The position numbers were made by a program, and so were the translations under genes. A DNA stretch of 64,000 nucleotides from a virus. Positions within the stretch are counted from its first letter, which is position 1. The number at the start of each line of letters is the position of its first letter. Location of the stretch: positions 1 through 64,000 of the IMG/VR virus record IMGVR_UViG_3300042371_001161. One strand, 5' to 3'. Below are positions 21,717-31,681 of the stretch, in pieces. The notes beneath the pieces are model-generated. The model searched no databases and was not told the origin of the DNA. It saw only the letters and a list, made by a program, of their open reading frames with translations.

Positions 21717-22771
21717 GATTCCATGTTGTGGGCCTCCCGCATACAAACACCACTGAAGATTTTACGGCTTGCGCATATACAGAGAAAGTCCGTAAGTTCT
21801 GCATCATGATGAAAGACCTTGGGCATACGGTCTTTTTGTATGGTGGCGAGTTCAACGAAGCCCCCTGTGACGAGCAGGTAATGTGCATTACTGAGGAACA
21901 GCGATTAAAAGCCGTGGGCAACAATCACTACTCCGCCGCATCGTTTGATTGGAACCTACCCCATTGGGTCGAGTTCAATAACAATGTCATTAAAGGCATT
22001 CATGAGCGCCTAGAGCACAAAGATTTTATTTGCCTTATCGCAGGCTATGCCTCTAAGCCAATTGCTGACGCATTCCCCAATGAACTAAGCGTGGAATTCG
22101 GAATAGGTTACGGTGGTTCATTCTCTGAATACAAAGTTTTTGAATCATATGCGTGGATGCACGCTTGCTATGGTTCCAAGGTCACCGACCCACATACATT
22201 GGATGGCAAGTTTTATCACGCCGTAATACCGAGTTATATCGATATTCAAGATTTCCCATTACAAAACGAACCAGACGACTACTATCTTTACATTGGGCGT
22301 CTCACAGAACGCAAGGGTTACATGATAGCTGCAGAGGTCTGCGAATATCTTGGCAAGCGCCTGATTATTGCAGGGCAGGGCACACCACCTAGGTACGGAG
22401 AATACGTCGGGGTAGTAGGAACGGAGGAACGAGCCAAGCTGATGGGTGGAGCAATTGCCACTTTTGCGCCAACTATTTATGTTGAGCCTTTTGGAACCGT
22501 TGCCATAGAAGCAATGGCCTGTGGTTCTCCAGTTATTTCCACCGACTGGGGTGCTTTCACCGAGACAGTTCTTGATGGATTGACAGGATTTAGATGTCAC
22601 ACAATGCAGGAATTCGCGGATGCTACCGAGAAAGTCAAGACTCTTGATAGGTCACTAATCAGCGCTTACGCAAAGGGGCGTTATGGACTGGACACTGTCG
22701 GGCTCATGTACGAAAAGTATTTTACTCGTTTGCAGGGTCTTTGGGGCAAGGGCTTTTACGAACTTTCGTAA
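21713..22771 (+). CDS. GT-B family 4 glycosyltransferase
   Basis: YLYIGRLTERKG, EPFGTVAIEAMACGSPVISTDWGAFTETV. Confidence 0.92.
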   Translation: MRFHVVGLPHTNTTEDFTACAYTEKVRKFCIMMKDLGHTVFLYGGEFNEAPCDEQVMCITEEQRLKAVGNNHYSAASFDWNLPHWVEFNNNVIKGIHERLEHKDFICLIAGYASKPIADAFPNELSVEFGIGYGGSFSEYKVFESYAWMHACYGSKVTDPHTLDGKFYHAVIPSYIDIQDFPLQNEPDDYYLYIGRLTERKGYMIAAEVCEYLGKRLIIAGQGTPPRYGEYVGVVGTEERAKLMGGAIATFAPTIYVEPFGTVAIEAMACGSPVISTDWGAFTETVLDGLTGFRCHTMQEFADATEKVKTLDRSLISAYAKGRYGLDTVGLMYEKYFTRLQGLWGKGFYELS

Positions 22772-22779
22772 TCTACGAA

Positions 22780-22998
22780 TTACCACTTATCTATTGGGCA
22801 AGATGCATCAAGAAGTTTGACTTTAAGATGCATGAAACACCCACATTTTGCGCATTGTTTTGATATGGAGATGAACATTGGGCATTCAACACATATTGCA
22901 TATCGCTCATCTTGCATGGCCTTGTCGGCATGAGCGGTGCCCTTACGGAAAAAATCTAAAGGGCTTGATTTTCTGTTTTGTCCAGTATTGTCTCGCAT
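22780..22998 (-). CDS. Small Cys-rich protein (DUF6171-like)
   Basis: CVECP...QCAKCGCF...CPIDKW. Confidence 0.7.
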   Translation of the reverse strand: MRDNTGQNRKSSPLDFFRKGTAHADKAMQDERYAICVECPMFISISKQCAKCGCFMHLKVKLLDASCPIDKW

Positions 22999-23010
22999 GA
23001 TGGCTTAAGT

Positions 23011-23331
23011 CTATTCTATTTCTGCTTCAGCGTCGTCTGCTTGTTCCGGTGGGATTATAATTTCCTCTAAACCCAATCCCTCTTCTTGATAATCAAATTC
23101 AACACCATTCCAAGCCACTCCGGGCGAAACTGGCGGGTGGTCGATGATAGTTGCGGTACCGTCGAACAACGTAATGAAGGTATCGTAATCGGGCACGCTA
23201 ACTGCGATGCATCCTTCGTAATCGGCTGCTTTATACATCGAGAAGACAACAACACCATCGGAAATTATCACCTTGGAAAATTCTGGGGCTGGATTTTCTG
23301 AATTATCATAATCAAACATGATTGTTGGCAT
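23011..23331 (-). CDS. Acidic hypothetical protein, possible fibre assembly chaperone
   Basis: 106 aa ORF directly downstream of the FN3 fibre gene, GxxWNG motif, acidic tail. Confidence 0.55.
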   Translation of the reverse strand: MPTIMFDYDNSENPAPEFSKVIISDGVVVFSMYKAADYEGCIAVSVPDYDTFITLFDGTATIIDHPPVSPGVAWNGVEFDYQEEGLGLEEIIIPPEQADDAEAEIE

Positions 23332-23340
23332 GGTTTTCCT

Positions 23341-26181
23341 TTAAATTGAGTTTGCGGTTCTTTGTGTATAAACCACTATTGCTTTGACGTTTATTATTCG
23401 GTTGGTGTTATAGGTGCTAGCCGGAACGCCGTAGCCTTCTACGGATATTTTTTGATTATCATTTCCGAAGGCATAACTTGAGTTGTCATCCCCACCAGGA
23501 TTCCAGTATTCGCCTGCATAGATTGCGGTTTCACCGTATCCGCCACCAGTAACTGCACGTAGAGGTGCGAGGTCATAGAGAGCAATAGACCCCCGTACAC
23601 TAGCGGTGGTATTCCCGTGGATGCGCACGACAGGGTTTCTTTCTACGGAAACTGTATTGTAATTTGTTACGGGAATGTTTGTATAAAGCGCCACTAGGGT
23701 AACGTTCTGATTACTGGTACCCGACCAGTTGAAAAATTTCTTGCCCATTGTAGTACTGGTTACTGTTTGTACGTCAGTGGCGAAGGTGTTGTTTTCGGTA
23801 TAGGTGTAATGGTTGACGGATGCGCTCGTTGTGAAAGTCGTTGTTGCAGATTGAACATACTGTCCAGCTGTATTATGAACTCTCATGAAACATTCAACGG
23901 CGACACTGGTGCCAATATTCTGGGTGTCGCCGAATGCGTTAACAAAAGTATAAAATATTGTTCCGGCAGCAACGTTTGAAGTGGTCTCAACTACCTCGGT
24001 AGGATTATATGTTCCCGTGACCTTGAAGTGGATAGAAGCTTTAGAAAAATTTAGACAATCAGTAGGGTCGAATGAAACCTGGACAGGCCTCTTGCCCCAT
24101 GTGCCGGAGTTTGTAGTCGAAGGATAGCCAGCTGCTACAGATAACGTAGGGGCAGTAACCGCAAATGACGGAGTTCGTGTTGTTGCGTAGTCGGAGTACG
24201 TGCCGTCACCGGCTGCGTTTTTGGCTCTAACTCTCGCCTTATATTCTTTTCCGATGGTTAGTCCTGTAAATTTCTTCGTTCTTATAGTCGAACCAGCGTT
24301 AAAGAGTGTTGTTGTTCCGGCGGCTATGTCAAGTAGTTCAACATCGTATCCCGTTATTGCGCTGCCGCCAGTTGCTGGGGCAACCCATGTGACCTCGTAG
24401 AATTGGTCGCCAGAACTCGAGGTCGGCGTGGCTGGAGCGTCAGGTATCGTGTATGGGGTTCCGCTCGCCGAAGCAGTGGCGCCTGCTCCTGCGGCGTTTA
24501 CGACTCTCACTCTTGTTGAATATGTATTACTAGGTATCAGTCCAGTGACTGTCTTAGTTACTGCTGTGCTAGTGCTGAGATTTCCGTTTACAGCAGTAAA
24601 GGAACCGAAAGAAGTTCCACCAGAAGAGTAGGCCCCACTAGTGGAGCCGTTAAACAACGTGAAATAGAATTGGGTTGCTGAAAAAGCAACAACTTCCGCC
24701 GTCCTATCGAATGAACTTGGCGTCACGCCAGTAACGGTAACCACCTCACCTGTTGAATACCCATGAGCTGTTCCTGTTGTGTAGAGCGTCAGACCATAGA
24801 CGTCCACATAAATAGCTCCTGATATAAACCGGTTTCCATCATTGTGAGTAATGTATTCGTAACCTGTGATTTGGCTGCCGCCATTGGAGGCTGGGGTAGT
24901 GAAGTCGAGAACCAGAGAACTGCTTCCGGCAGTTGCGGTGAATCCGGTGGGAGCATTTGGAACCGTATATGGAGTTCCGCTGCTCGAGGCGGCCGCGCCT
25001 GCTCCTGCGGCGTTTACTACTCTTACTCTCGTCTGGAAAGTTGTACCAGCTGTGAGGCCAGTGACTGTCCTTGTTACCGCCGTGCTGGTACTGAGGTTTC
25101 CACTGACAAGGACATAGGTAGTGCCCCCATTGGTACTGTACTCGTAGCCGGTAATTTGACTACCGCCGTTAGATGCTGGAGTAGTGAAGGCAAGAATTAG
25201 CTCACTGCTTCCTGCAGTTGTAGTGAATGAGGTGGGAGCGTTCGGAACGGTGTATGGAGTTCCACTGCTTGAAGCAGCAGTGCCTGCCCCTCTAGCGTTT
25301 ACTACTCTCACTCTTGTCTGGAAAGTCGTACCGGGCGTGAGGCCAGCAACTGTCCTGGTCACTGCCGTGCTGGTACTCAGGTCTCCGCTGACCAAAACAT
25401 AGGTCGTACCGCCGTCAGTGCTGTATTCGTAGCCAGTGATTTGGCTTCCGCCATTTGATGCTGGGGTGGTGAAAGCGAGAATCAGGGAACTACTTCCGGC
25501 GGTTGTGGTGAACGAGGTAGGAACGTTCGGAACTGTAAATGGAACAATTGCCGATGAATTGGCAGATACGGTGCCATTTCCTGCAACCGTTACGGCATAA
25601 ACTCTAAAGATGTATGAAGTGCCGTTAGTTAAGCCGGTCACCGTAATAGACGTCGCAGTTGATGTACCGTCAGTAAATGCTGTCCAAGACGAGCCTGAGT
25701 TGGAAGAATACTCTACGACATAGTCGGTGATGCTCCTTCCTCCATTAGAGGAAGGTGCACTGTAGGCGACCGTAACGCTGCCGCTTGATGGGGACGTAAC
25801 TGAAGTTATAGTTGGGGCACCAGAGATGGTGAATGGGGTCGTATTTGTTGACAATACAGCAGATTCGAGGCCGGCAGAAATGGCGTTTACCGCTCTTATT
25901 TTAACGTAATATTGTTGTCCGTTGGTGAGTCCACCGATAGTGATAGGGGACGTGGTGTCGGCTGGGTCGAGGGATGTAAACGCCGAGAACGTGGTGCCAT
26001 CAGTAGACAAAGAGTATTGATAGTTAACGATGTCTCCACCACCACTAAAGGTGGGGTCAGTGAAGGATATCGCTAACTGTTGATTACCCTCAAGCGAGGA
26101 CAGAGAGGTTGATTCAGAAGGCGTTCCGCCAATTCCAAAAAATCCTCTAGTCGCAGAGCTTCTTCCACCAATAAAAGGCAT
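23341..26181 (-). CDS. Multi-FN3 virion fibre/adhesin protein
   Basis: About six FN3 repeats (PASNGGSQITGYEY...GLTxGTxYxxRVRxVN). Confidence 0.9.
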   Translation of the reverse strand: MPFIGGRSSATRGFFGIGGTPSESTSLSSLEGNQQLAISFTDPTFSGGGDIVNYQYSLSTDGTTFSAFTSLDPADTTSPITIGGLTNGQQYYVKIRAVNAISAGLESAVLSTNTTPFTISGAPTITSVTSPSSGSVTVAYSAPSSNGGRSITDYVVEYSSNSGSSWTAFTDGTSTATSITVTGLTNGTSYIFRVYAVTVAGNGTVSANSSAIVPFTVPNVPTSFTTTAGSSSLILAFTTPASNGGSQITGYEYSTDGGTTYVLVSGDLSTSTAVTRTVAGLTPGTTFQTRVRVVNARGAGTAASSSGTPYTVPNAPTSFTTTAGSSELILAFTTPASNGGSQITGYEYSTNGGTTYVLVSGNLSTSTAVTRTVTGLTAGTTFQTRVRVVNAAGAGAAASSSGTPYTVPNAPTGFTATAGSSSLVLDFTTPASNGGSQITGYEYITHNDGNRFISGAIYVDVYGLTLYTTGTAHGYSTGEVVTVTGVTPSSFDRTAEVVAFSATQFYFTLFNGSTSGAYSSGGTSFGSFTAVNGNLSTSTAVTKTVTGLIPSNTYSTRVRVVNAAGAGATASASGTPYTIPDAPATPTSSSGDQFYEVTWVAPATGGSAITGYDVELLDIAAGTTTLFNAGSTIRTKKFTGLTIGKEYKARVRAKNAAGDGTYSDYATTRTPSFAVTAPTLSVAAGYPSTTNSGTWGKRPVQVSFDPTDCLNFSKASIHFKVTGTYNPTEVVETTSNVAAGTIFYTFVNAFGDTQNIGTSVAVECFMRVHNTAGQYVQSATTTFTTSASVNHYTYTENNTFATDVQTVTSTTMGKKFFNWSGTSNQNVTLVALYTNIPVTNYNTVSVERNPVVRIHGNTTASVRGSIALYDLAPLRAVTGGGYGETAIYAGEYWNPGGDDNSSYAFGNDNQKISVEGYGVPASTYNTNRIINVKAIVVYTQRTANSI
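24440..25545 (-). repeat. Three near-identical FN3 tandem repeats (about 290 nt unit), the third interrupted by an insertion
   Basis: Visible nucleotide identity between units, e.g. tttactactctcactcttgtctggaaagt at about 25290 and tttactactcttactctcgtctggaaagt at about 25012. Confidence 0.85.
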
Positions 26182-26197
26182 ACCTTATTCCCCGCTA

Positions 26198-27289
26198 CTA
26201 CGCGAACTTCGATTGACTTGCAAAAACGGTATAAGTACTGGTCGCGGTTTTAATCATCACAAACGTGTACGCATCAAACGCATTGCTGCCACTACCGTTA
26301 GGAAACGATAGCCCACCAAACCACTTGACAGTCTGTACGACCCCGTCAATAGAGACGGCCGTCGGTCTGGCTGTAGTGCTGCCAGAATTAATTAGGACAA
26401 CCGCAGTAATGGATTGATTATCGGCCATCGTAGCGTTAAGCGTTGTTGATGCATTCCCTCTGAAGTCGAGCGAGCATGAGGCACTAGTGGAAGTCGGGTA
26501 AAAATGAATTGCGCCATCTAGCATGTTGATGTTTAGTGCCCCAGTCGCCTGACCCAAGGACTGTACGGTTTCTAGGACTTCGGAAAACGTAGACGTACCC
26601 GTAACCGTTGAGTTGCCCGCAACCGTTGAGTTGCCCGTAACTGCAACGTTGGCAGAAGCTGAGACGTTACCTGTGACCGCAAAGGTTCCAGCAACTGCAA
26701 TGTTTGTATCTAGTTTGGCAGAAGTGACCGCGCCAGCCCCAATTTTTGCGGCAGTAACGGAACCACTGTCAAGTTTGGCTTCAACTATTCCCGCGTCCTT
26801 GACTCTTAAAGTATCTGCATTTACCTCAATTGTGGAGCTGTCGACGTTTACGGCAAGAGCGGTGCCGTTGCCTCCAGAAAGTCCGCTTCCTGCAACTGAA
26901 GTAGTTAGCTTGGCCTCGGTGATTGTGTTGTCTGCAATGTCCGCAGCAATAACCGTTCCAGCCGCAATCTTGGCACTCGTAATTGAGTTGTCTGCAATCT
27001 TTACGGTCGTGATGGTGCCATCGCCCACCACGAACTGCGATGAGTCTATCCATGCGGAACCGCTCCAGTACTGCACTACATTGTCATTTTTGAGATAACA
27101 AAATTTACCTTCCGATAGGAGCGGTCTTCCATTTCCTCCAGCTGATGTCGGAATGCCATCACCGAAAGCGTTATCTCGTGCAGTTCCGCTATCAAAAACA
27201 CTAATTACCTGGTCCATTAGGTATGTGTTAATTTCACTCGCGTATGCAACTTCGCCAGAGACAAAAAGTTTTACTCCTGAGCCTGCCAT
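26198..27289 (-). CDS. Tail fibre/structural protein with ITxAKI repeats
   Basis: GGAG RBS; DNSITSAKIAAG/DNTITEAKL/GSVTAAKI repeats; C-terminal VKWFGG...DAYTF domain. Confidence 0.7.
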   Translation of the reverse strand: MAGSGVKLFVSGEVAYASEINTYLMDQVISVFDSGTARDNAFGDGIPTSAGGNGRPLLSEGKFCYLKNDNVVQYWSGSAWIDSSQFVVGDGTITTVKIADNSITSAKIAAGTVIAADIADNTITEAKLTTSVAGSGLSGGNGTALAVNVDSSTIEVNADTLRVKDAGIVEAKLDSGSVTAAKIGAGAVTSAKLDTNIAVAGTFAVTGNVSASANVAVTGNSTVAGNSTVTGTSTFSEVLETVQSLGQATGALNINMLDGAIHFYPTSTSASCSLDFRGNASTTLNATMADNQSITAVVLINSGSTTARPTAVSIDGVVQTVKWFGGLSFPNGSGSNAFDAYTFVMIKTATSTYTVFASQSKFA

Positions 27290-27327
27290 GTTATTCTCCT
27301 GAATCTTTCATTGTTAATTTTATCATT

Positions 27328-28551
27328 TCATCCAAAGGTCATGGAGTCGAATCTGCCAAGAACTGGGTCGTCAATAGTAAAGTTAAATTGGTTAACGGTT
27401 TCTTGAGAAATTAAGTAGCCCATTGGTTTGGCCCAATTGACAGACTGCATGACAAGTTCGCTCACCTGATTGGCGTTGGCATCTGGGGTTTCATTAGCCA
27501 AGGTGCGAATATGTATTGCGAATGGGTCATTTTCATATCTTGGGGTCAATGAAACTGAAAAAGTGCTCTGGGCACCATTCTCGGTATAAGAAAGAACCTG
27601 CTTGGCGGCCTCAATCATTGCCTCCCTTGACCCAGCAGCGCGTCCATAATAACCCTTGGACAACTGCCATTCAATAAAATCCCTACGGATGCTTTCGTTC
27701 CCAAAGAAGGCGGTCCCGTTTGAGTAATAAATATTTTGGCGAATAAAATCGCCAGAAAACTGAGAAAGCCATGGGACATACCTGTTTTTAACCGAACGAG
27801 GCGAGACAAGAGAACTTTGCGCCCAATATGCAACTGTAAGATTTTCGTATAGTAGCTGACTGCCTTCTATTCCATACATGAGACCATATTCTGCGAATAC
27901 CTCGCCCGCAGCAGATGTTAACATATCTAGCAATCTAAAGAATGGGTATGAAGGCTGGCTTTGCAGTGAATCTATTTCAAAATAAAAATCTGGTAAAAAA
28001 TTTCTAGCCGTACCCAGAAATGAATTTTCAAATAAAGCCAAATCGTGGATTAGGTGCGGCATTGTCATGTGTGCTGTCTGGCCACCAAGAAGCCCAGAAA
28101 TCGTAATTTGTATAGTTGCGGTATGATTTGCTTCGTCATCTGGAACAACCGCCCTATTGGTATGAACAGCGTTATATGAGCCACTTGAGTAAGTTTTTAA
28201 GTAGGGCTCATATGTGGCGGATGCTGAATCTATATAAAGAAGCGAACTCACTGTAATTGGCGCATTTGCCTTAATTCGCATATTCGCAGACAAGACACGA
28301 CTATTGTCATCCAAGGTTAGTGGTATATCTGCAAGGGTTAGCACTACATCTTGTACTTCTCCCTCAGAGCCTGCCGCAAGCGCCAGAGTATAGCGACTAT
28401 CGACTACAAAATCCGTACTACTAATCATTATGGATGCATTAGTGGCTGTCCAATCATACTCAACAGCAGCAAGGCCTATAGGTGTTCCGTCTAGAGAGGA
28501 GAATCTACGTAAGGCATTGCCATCTGATAGGAGGTTTACTGTGGTTGCCAT
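27328..28551 (-). CDS. Baseplate wedge protein (P2 gpI-like)
   Basis: Position after baseplate J; VPWLSQFSG, GRAAGSREAM, WAKPMG motifs. Confidence 0.6.
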   Translation of the reverse strand: MATTVNLLSDGNALRRFSSLDGTPIGLAAVEYDWTATNASIMISSTDFVVDSRYTLALAAGSEGEVQDVVLTLADIPLTLDDNSRVLSANMRIKANAPITVSSLLYIDSASATYEPYLKTYSSGSYNAVHTNRAVVPDDEANHTATIQITISGLLGGQTAHMTMPHLIHDLALFENSFLGTARNFLPDFYFEIDSLQSQPSYPFFRLLDMLTSAAGEVFAEYGLMYGIEGSQLLYENLTVAYWAQSSLVSPRSVKNRYVPWLSQFSGDFIRQNIYYSNGTAFFGNESIRRDFIEWQLSKGYYGRAAGSREAMIEAAKQVLSYTENGAQSTFSVSLTPRYENDPFAIHIRTLANETPDANANQVSELVMQSVNWAKPMGYLISQETVNQFNFTIDDPVLGRFDSMTFG

Positions 28552-28552
28552 A

Positions 28553-30232
28553 TTATTGAGTCACATCTACTGTCGTGTATGTAAAGCTAATATCCTCAAT
28601 GGATATAATTGGCAAAGAACCCTTGTATCTAAATAGAAGGTCGTCTTCGTATTGCGGCAACCATCCATCTTCGATAGGTGTTAAAGTCAAGGAGTTGACG
28701 TACACAACTCCTGGAATATTGCTAATTAAGGAAACTATTTGATTATGTCGTATTCTGTCAACATTGAGAGGAAAATTCACTGGGCTGAGGTAATCCACGA
28801 GCGTGTCCTCTATCGTTTGAGCAAGAGAATCTTGGTCGTATCGTTGACTTATGGAAATAGTTCCACTAAGTTGAAGTGTTACAAAAGCTGGGTCAACGAC
28901 ATTAATTGTCAATCCAGCAACAGATTTTGATTGTATGTCAGTCAGTATGTTAACTTTTTGCGTCTCCGTCAACAGCGTATTGTTTCCGTAAGCAACAACG
29001 CTCACAAACCCTGAAACATCCTGTCCGGCGTATGCGGAACCACTGATGGTTGCGCTGGCCGACGTGCCAGTCTTGGCAAATCTAAACGTCGTGTCCGTTG
29101 GGACGTGAGTAATAGTGTGCTGACCGCTAAACGAATTTAATCTAACTTTTGTCAAAGCGCCACTGAATGTCGCTGAACCTGATGTTGAGTCTGATACCGT
29201 GAACGTCGTTACGGTTGGAACTGTGTTAATTGTAAATGTTCCGTTGTAACCAGTTGTTAGTCCGACGCCCTCTACGGTTACCGATTGACCGGCCAACAAA
29301 GCATGACTAGTACTTGTTGTATACGTTATGAGAGTGCCGTTACCTGAGGCTGAAGTAATTGTCGAGCCGTTAAAGTCCATTTCAACAACATCCCCAACCA
29401 CGAACAGGTGTGGGGCTGCGGTTGTTATCGTTGCGACAGAACTTTGCACCTGTGTCTGAATGACGCCAATTGAACGATTGACAGTCAAGTCTCCACTATC
29501 AAGGTCGCCATCTGTTAAGTCGTATGTTTTTGCACGTGAGATTATTCCTGGATAGGTAGTCAAGAGATAGGCGTCAACCTGTGATGCTCGGACTAGTGCT
29601 GATGTGAGCGAACGCAGATACGTGGTGGCTTTGGACAGGTAGTCGATGTCTCCGTCGGCGTTGATTCCGTTAGAAAAACTCGATGGAGTGGCAATAACGG
29701 CGGATACGATGTCGGTCCCAGAGGAGATGATATTTAACTCAGTCCCAGAAGCTAGAGGCGGGATGACACCAGGGTCAAGCGATATAACTTTAGCCACTCC
29801 TGATGGATATTCACCCAACTCTGGGTCAACTCCTTCTATTTCGAGAGCAAAAAGCAACACAAATGCGTACTGTTGGGCCTCGTCTTCAAAAAGTGCGTCG
29901 TACGAAAAAGTCGTTCCAGCAGGGATGGTTCCTCCACTATAGGAACCTAGTGTGATTTCGACATTTACTTCTGCAGGGGTCGCTTCTTGACGCTGATACC
30001 CAAGCATTGTGACTATTCCGGCCATAAGTCTGTCTGGCAAGCGATTAATTGCATTTATGTTTAGGGCGCTAATATATGCTGCGGCTTGAAAAATCGCGTC
30101 TTCTGGAGTCCCAACGCGCAGATTGAAGTCGGGCATAGTTAGACGCCCTAGTTCGATGGCGTCAGTGTAAATATCACCTGGCTCTTTGTCAAAGATTGCT
30201 AAGTTAATGTATTCTGAAAAATCTACCGGCAT
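28553..30232 (-). CDS. Baseplate J/gp47-like protein with inserted beta-barrel domains
   Basis: GYQRQEATPA, TIPAGTTF, NGINADGDIDY, LVRASQVDAY, ISNIPGVVYV. Confidence 0.8.
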   Translation of the reverse strand: MPVDFSEYINLAIFDKEPGDIYTDAIELGRLTMPDFNLRVGTPEDAIFQAAAYISALNINAINRLPDRLMAGIVTMLGYQRQEATPAEVNVEITLGSYSGGTIPAGTTFSYDALFEDEAQQYAFVLLFALEIEGVDPELGEYPSGVAKVISLDPGVIPPLASGTELNIISSGTDIVSAVIATPSSFSNGINADGDIDYLSKATTYLRSLTSALVRASQVDAYLLTTYPGIISRAKTYDLTDGDLDSGDLTVNRSIGVIQTQVQSSVATITTAAPHLFVVGDVVEMDFNGSTITSASGNGTLITYTTSTSHALLAGQSVTVEGVGLTTGYNGTFTINTVPTVTTFTVSDSTSGSATFSGALTKVRLNSFSGQHTITHVPTDTTFRFAKTGTSASATISGSAYAGQDVSGFVSVVAYGNNTLLTETQKVNILTDIQSKSVAGLTINVVDPAFVTLQLSGTISISQRYDQDSLAQTIEDTLVDYLSPVNFPLNVDRIRHNQIVSLISNIPGVVYVNSLTLTPIEDGWLPQYEDDLLFRYKGSLPIISIEDISFTYTTVDVTQ

Positions 30233-30248
30233 TTTGTGCAGCCTTCCT

Positions 30249-30578
30249 CTATATATCTAATTCAAATGAAACGGAAACTTTGCTAGAGCCGTTTACTGAT
30301 TCTTGGTCAAGTATTTCTATATTTGTTATTATTACTTCTGGAACAAACTGGGAAGCGTTAAGGACAAATATGCTTTTATTTATCAAACGGAATGATGGGT
30401 CATATGCCCCAAATTGGGGGCTCATGGGGTGGGTTCCAGGCTCGGTGAGCATAGACACTGAAAGCAACTGCGAATAGTAATCCGTCGTTGCTTCATCTAG
30501 TTTTGCTAGGCCAGTAGAATCAAATTTAATTGGGAATTTAATTGCTTGCATATTCAATCCTGTCTTTAAACTTTTCAA
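30249..30578 (-). CDS. Baseplate gp25/GpW-like wedge subunit
   Basis: IKFPIKF, LTEPGTHPMSPQFG, FVPEV motifs; position in baseplate module. Confidence 0.7.
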   Translation of the reverse strand: MKSLKTGLNMQAIKFPIKFDSTGLAKLDEATTDYYSQLLSVSMLTEPGTHPMSPQFGAYDPSFRLINKSIFVLNASQFVPEVIITNIEILDQESVNGSSKVSVSFELDI

Positions 30579-30629
30579 TTACCCGAACAAGATGCTCAGC
30601 AATTTTTGGTACTATCAAACAAATAGTTT

Positions 30630-31640
30630 TCATGAGAATCTCCGCACGGGACGGACATAGATTGCGCTGTTCTTGGTGTAGAGGCCCTCATTGCCGTAGA
30701 AGAAGTTCTGGTTCCACGCAGAGGTGGCGCTGAACTCAGAAGAAGTCCAATAGTAGTCAGCCACAAAATCACCAACACCTAGTTGAAGATATAGAACCCC
30801 ATAGATAGTTTTCATCTCTGCGATACTCCCGAGATACCAGTCCGACTGACCGCCAGAAACCAAATCATCACAGTATTTTGCAGCAGAAGTTGCTGGATTT
30901 GTATGCCCTTGGGCAACCATGTCAATGGTGTTTTGATAGCCAGCGCCCAATGCTTTTGAGTCCGCACCGGTAACTGCTATGCTCTGATAGTTTACGGGAC
31001 TTGATGGTGCCCAGCCTCTCTGTACTTGGGTAGAGACTGGGGCTACTTCAAGGTATGTGAATCCGTCGTACTCGTCATATCTGTCAACAAAGAAGATTAT
31101 CCCCCCACCTGGTCCAGTATCGCCGACCTTGTATGTAAATGTTGGAGCAGCTCCAGTTGGTCCTGTTGCGCCCGTATTGCCCGTTGGTCCTGTTGCGCCC
31201 GTATTGCCCGTTGGTCCTGTTGCGCCCGTATTGCCCGTTGGTCCTGTTGCCCCAGTCAGGCCAGTTGGTCCAGCTAGTCCAGTGGGTCCGGCGGGCCCAG
31301 TAGGTCCGGTAGGTCCGGGGTTGTTGCTTATAGATTCAAGTAGGGCATCGTATTGAGCAATCGTTGGGTGCTTGTCGGAGCGGACTCCGGCCGAGCCGTA
31401 TACGATTAGCTCTGTAAAGAATTCATCAGAAAAACCACACTTCACGGAATCCCCGACCGAAAAGTGCGAATTAGGGGTTGTGTTTAGTGGCATTACTTTC
31501 TCGAAAGTTGAGCCGAGCTCCATGACTCTGACCGACACGAAACCTTTTGCGTCCACGGACTTAACTATGCCAGTATAGAACCTACCCGGGACAAGCGGGT
31601 GGGACGATGATTTGTTCCTGCTGACTATATCTGGACGCAT
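30630..31640 (-). CDS. Baseplate central-spike-like protein: N-terminal OB-fold, collagen stalk, C-terminal Lcl/DUF1566-like C-type lectin domain
   Basis: YTGIVKSV...VSVRV...[11 protein letters not shown]-like region; GPT/GAT/GNT repeats; [14 protein letters not shown]...DWYL.SIAEM...YWTSSE...YVRPVRRF. Confidence 0.8.
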   Translation of the reverse strand: MRPDIVSRNKSSSHPLVPGRFYTGIVKSVDAKGFVSVRVMELGSTFEKVMPLNTTPNSHFSVGDSVKCGFSDEFFTELIVYGSAGVRSDKHPTIAQYDALLESISNNPGPTGPTGPAGPTGLAGPTGLTGATGPTGNTGATGPTGNTGATGPTGNTGATGPTGAAPTFTYKVGDTGPGGGIIFFVDRYDEYDGFTYLEVAPVSTQVQRGWAPSSPVNYQSIAVTGADSKALGAGYQNTIDMVAQGHTNPATSAAKYCDDLVSGGQSDWYLGSIAEMKTIYGVLYLQLGVGDFVADYYWTSSEFSATSAWNQNFFYGNEGLYTKNSAIYVRPVRRFS

Positions 31641-31681
31641 ATTAATAACCTTACTATTTTGAATGGATTAGCCATTGCTAC

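Noticed and set aside
30540-30630. Searched intergenic gaps for a DGR template repeat, an IMH hairpin and a reverse transcriptase
   Set aside because: No AAC-rich copy of the variable region and no RT motif seen in this window; only a weak 5-bp ACTAT/ATAGT hairpin after the stop
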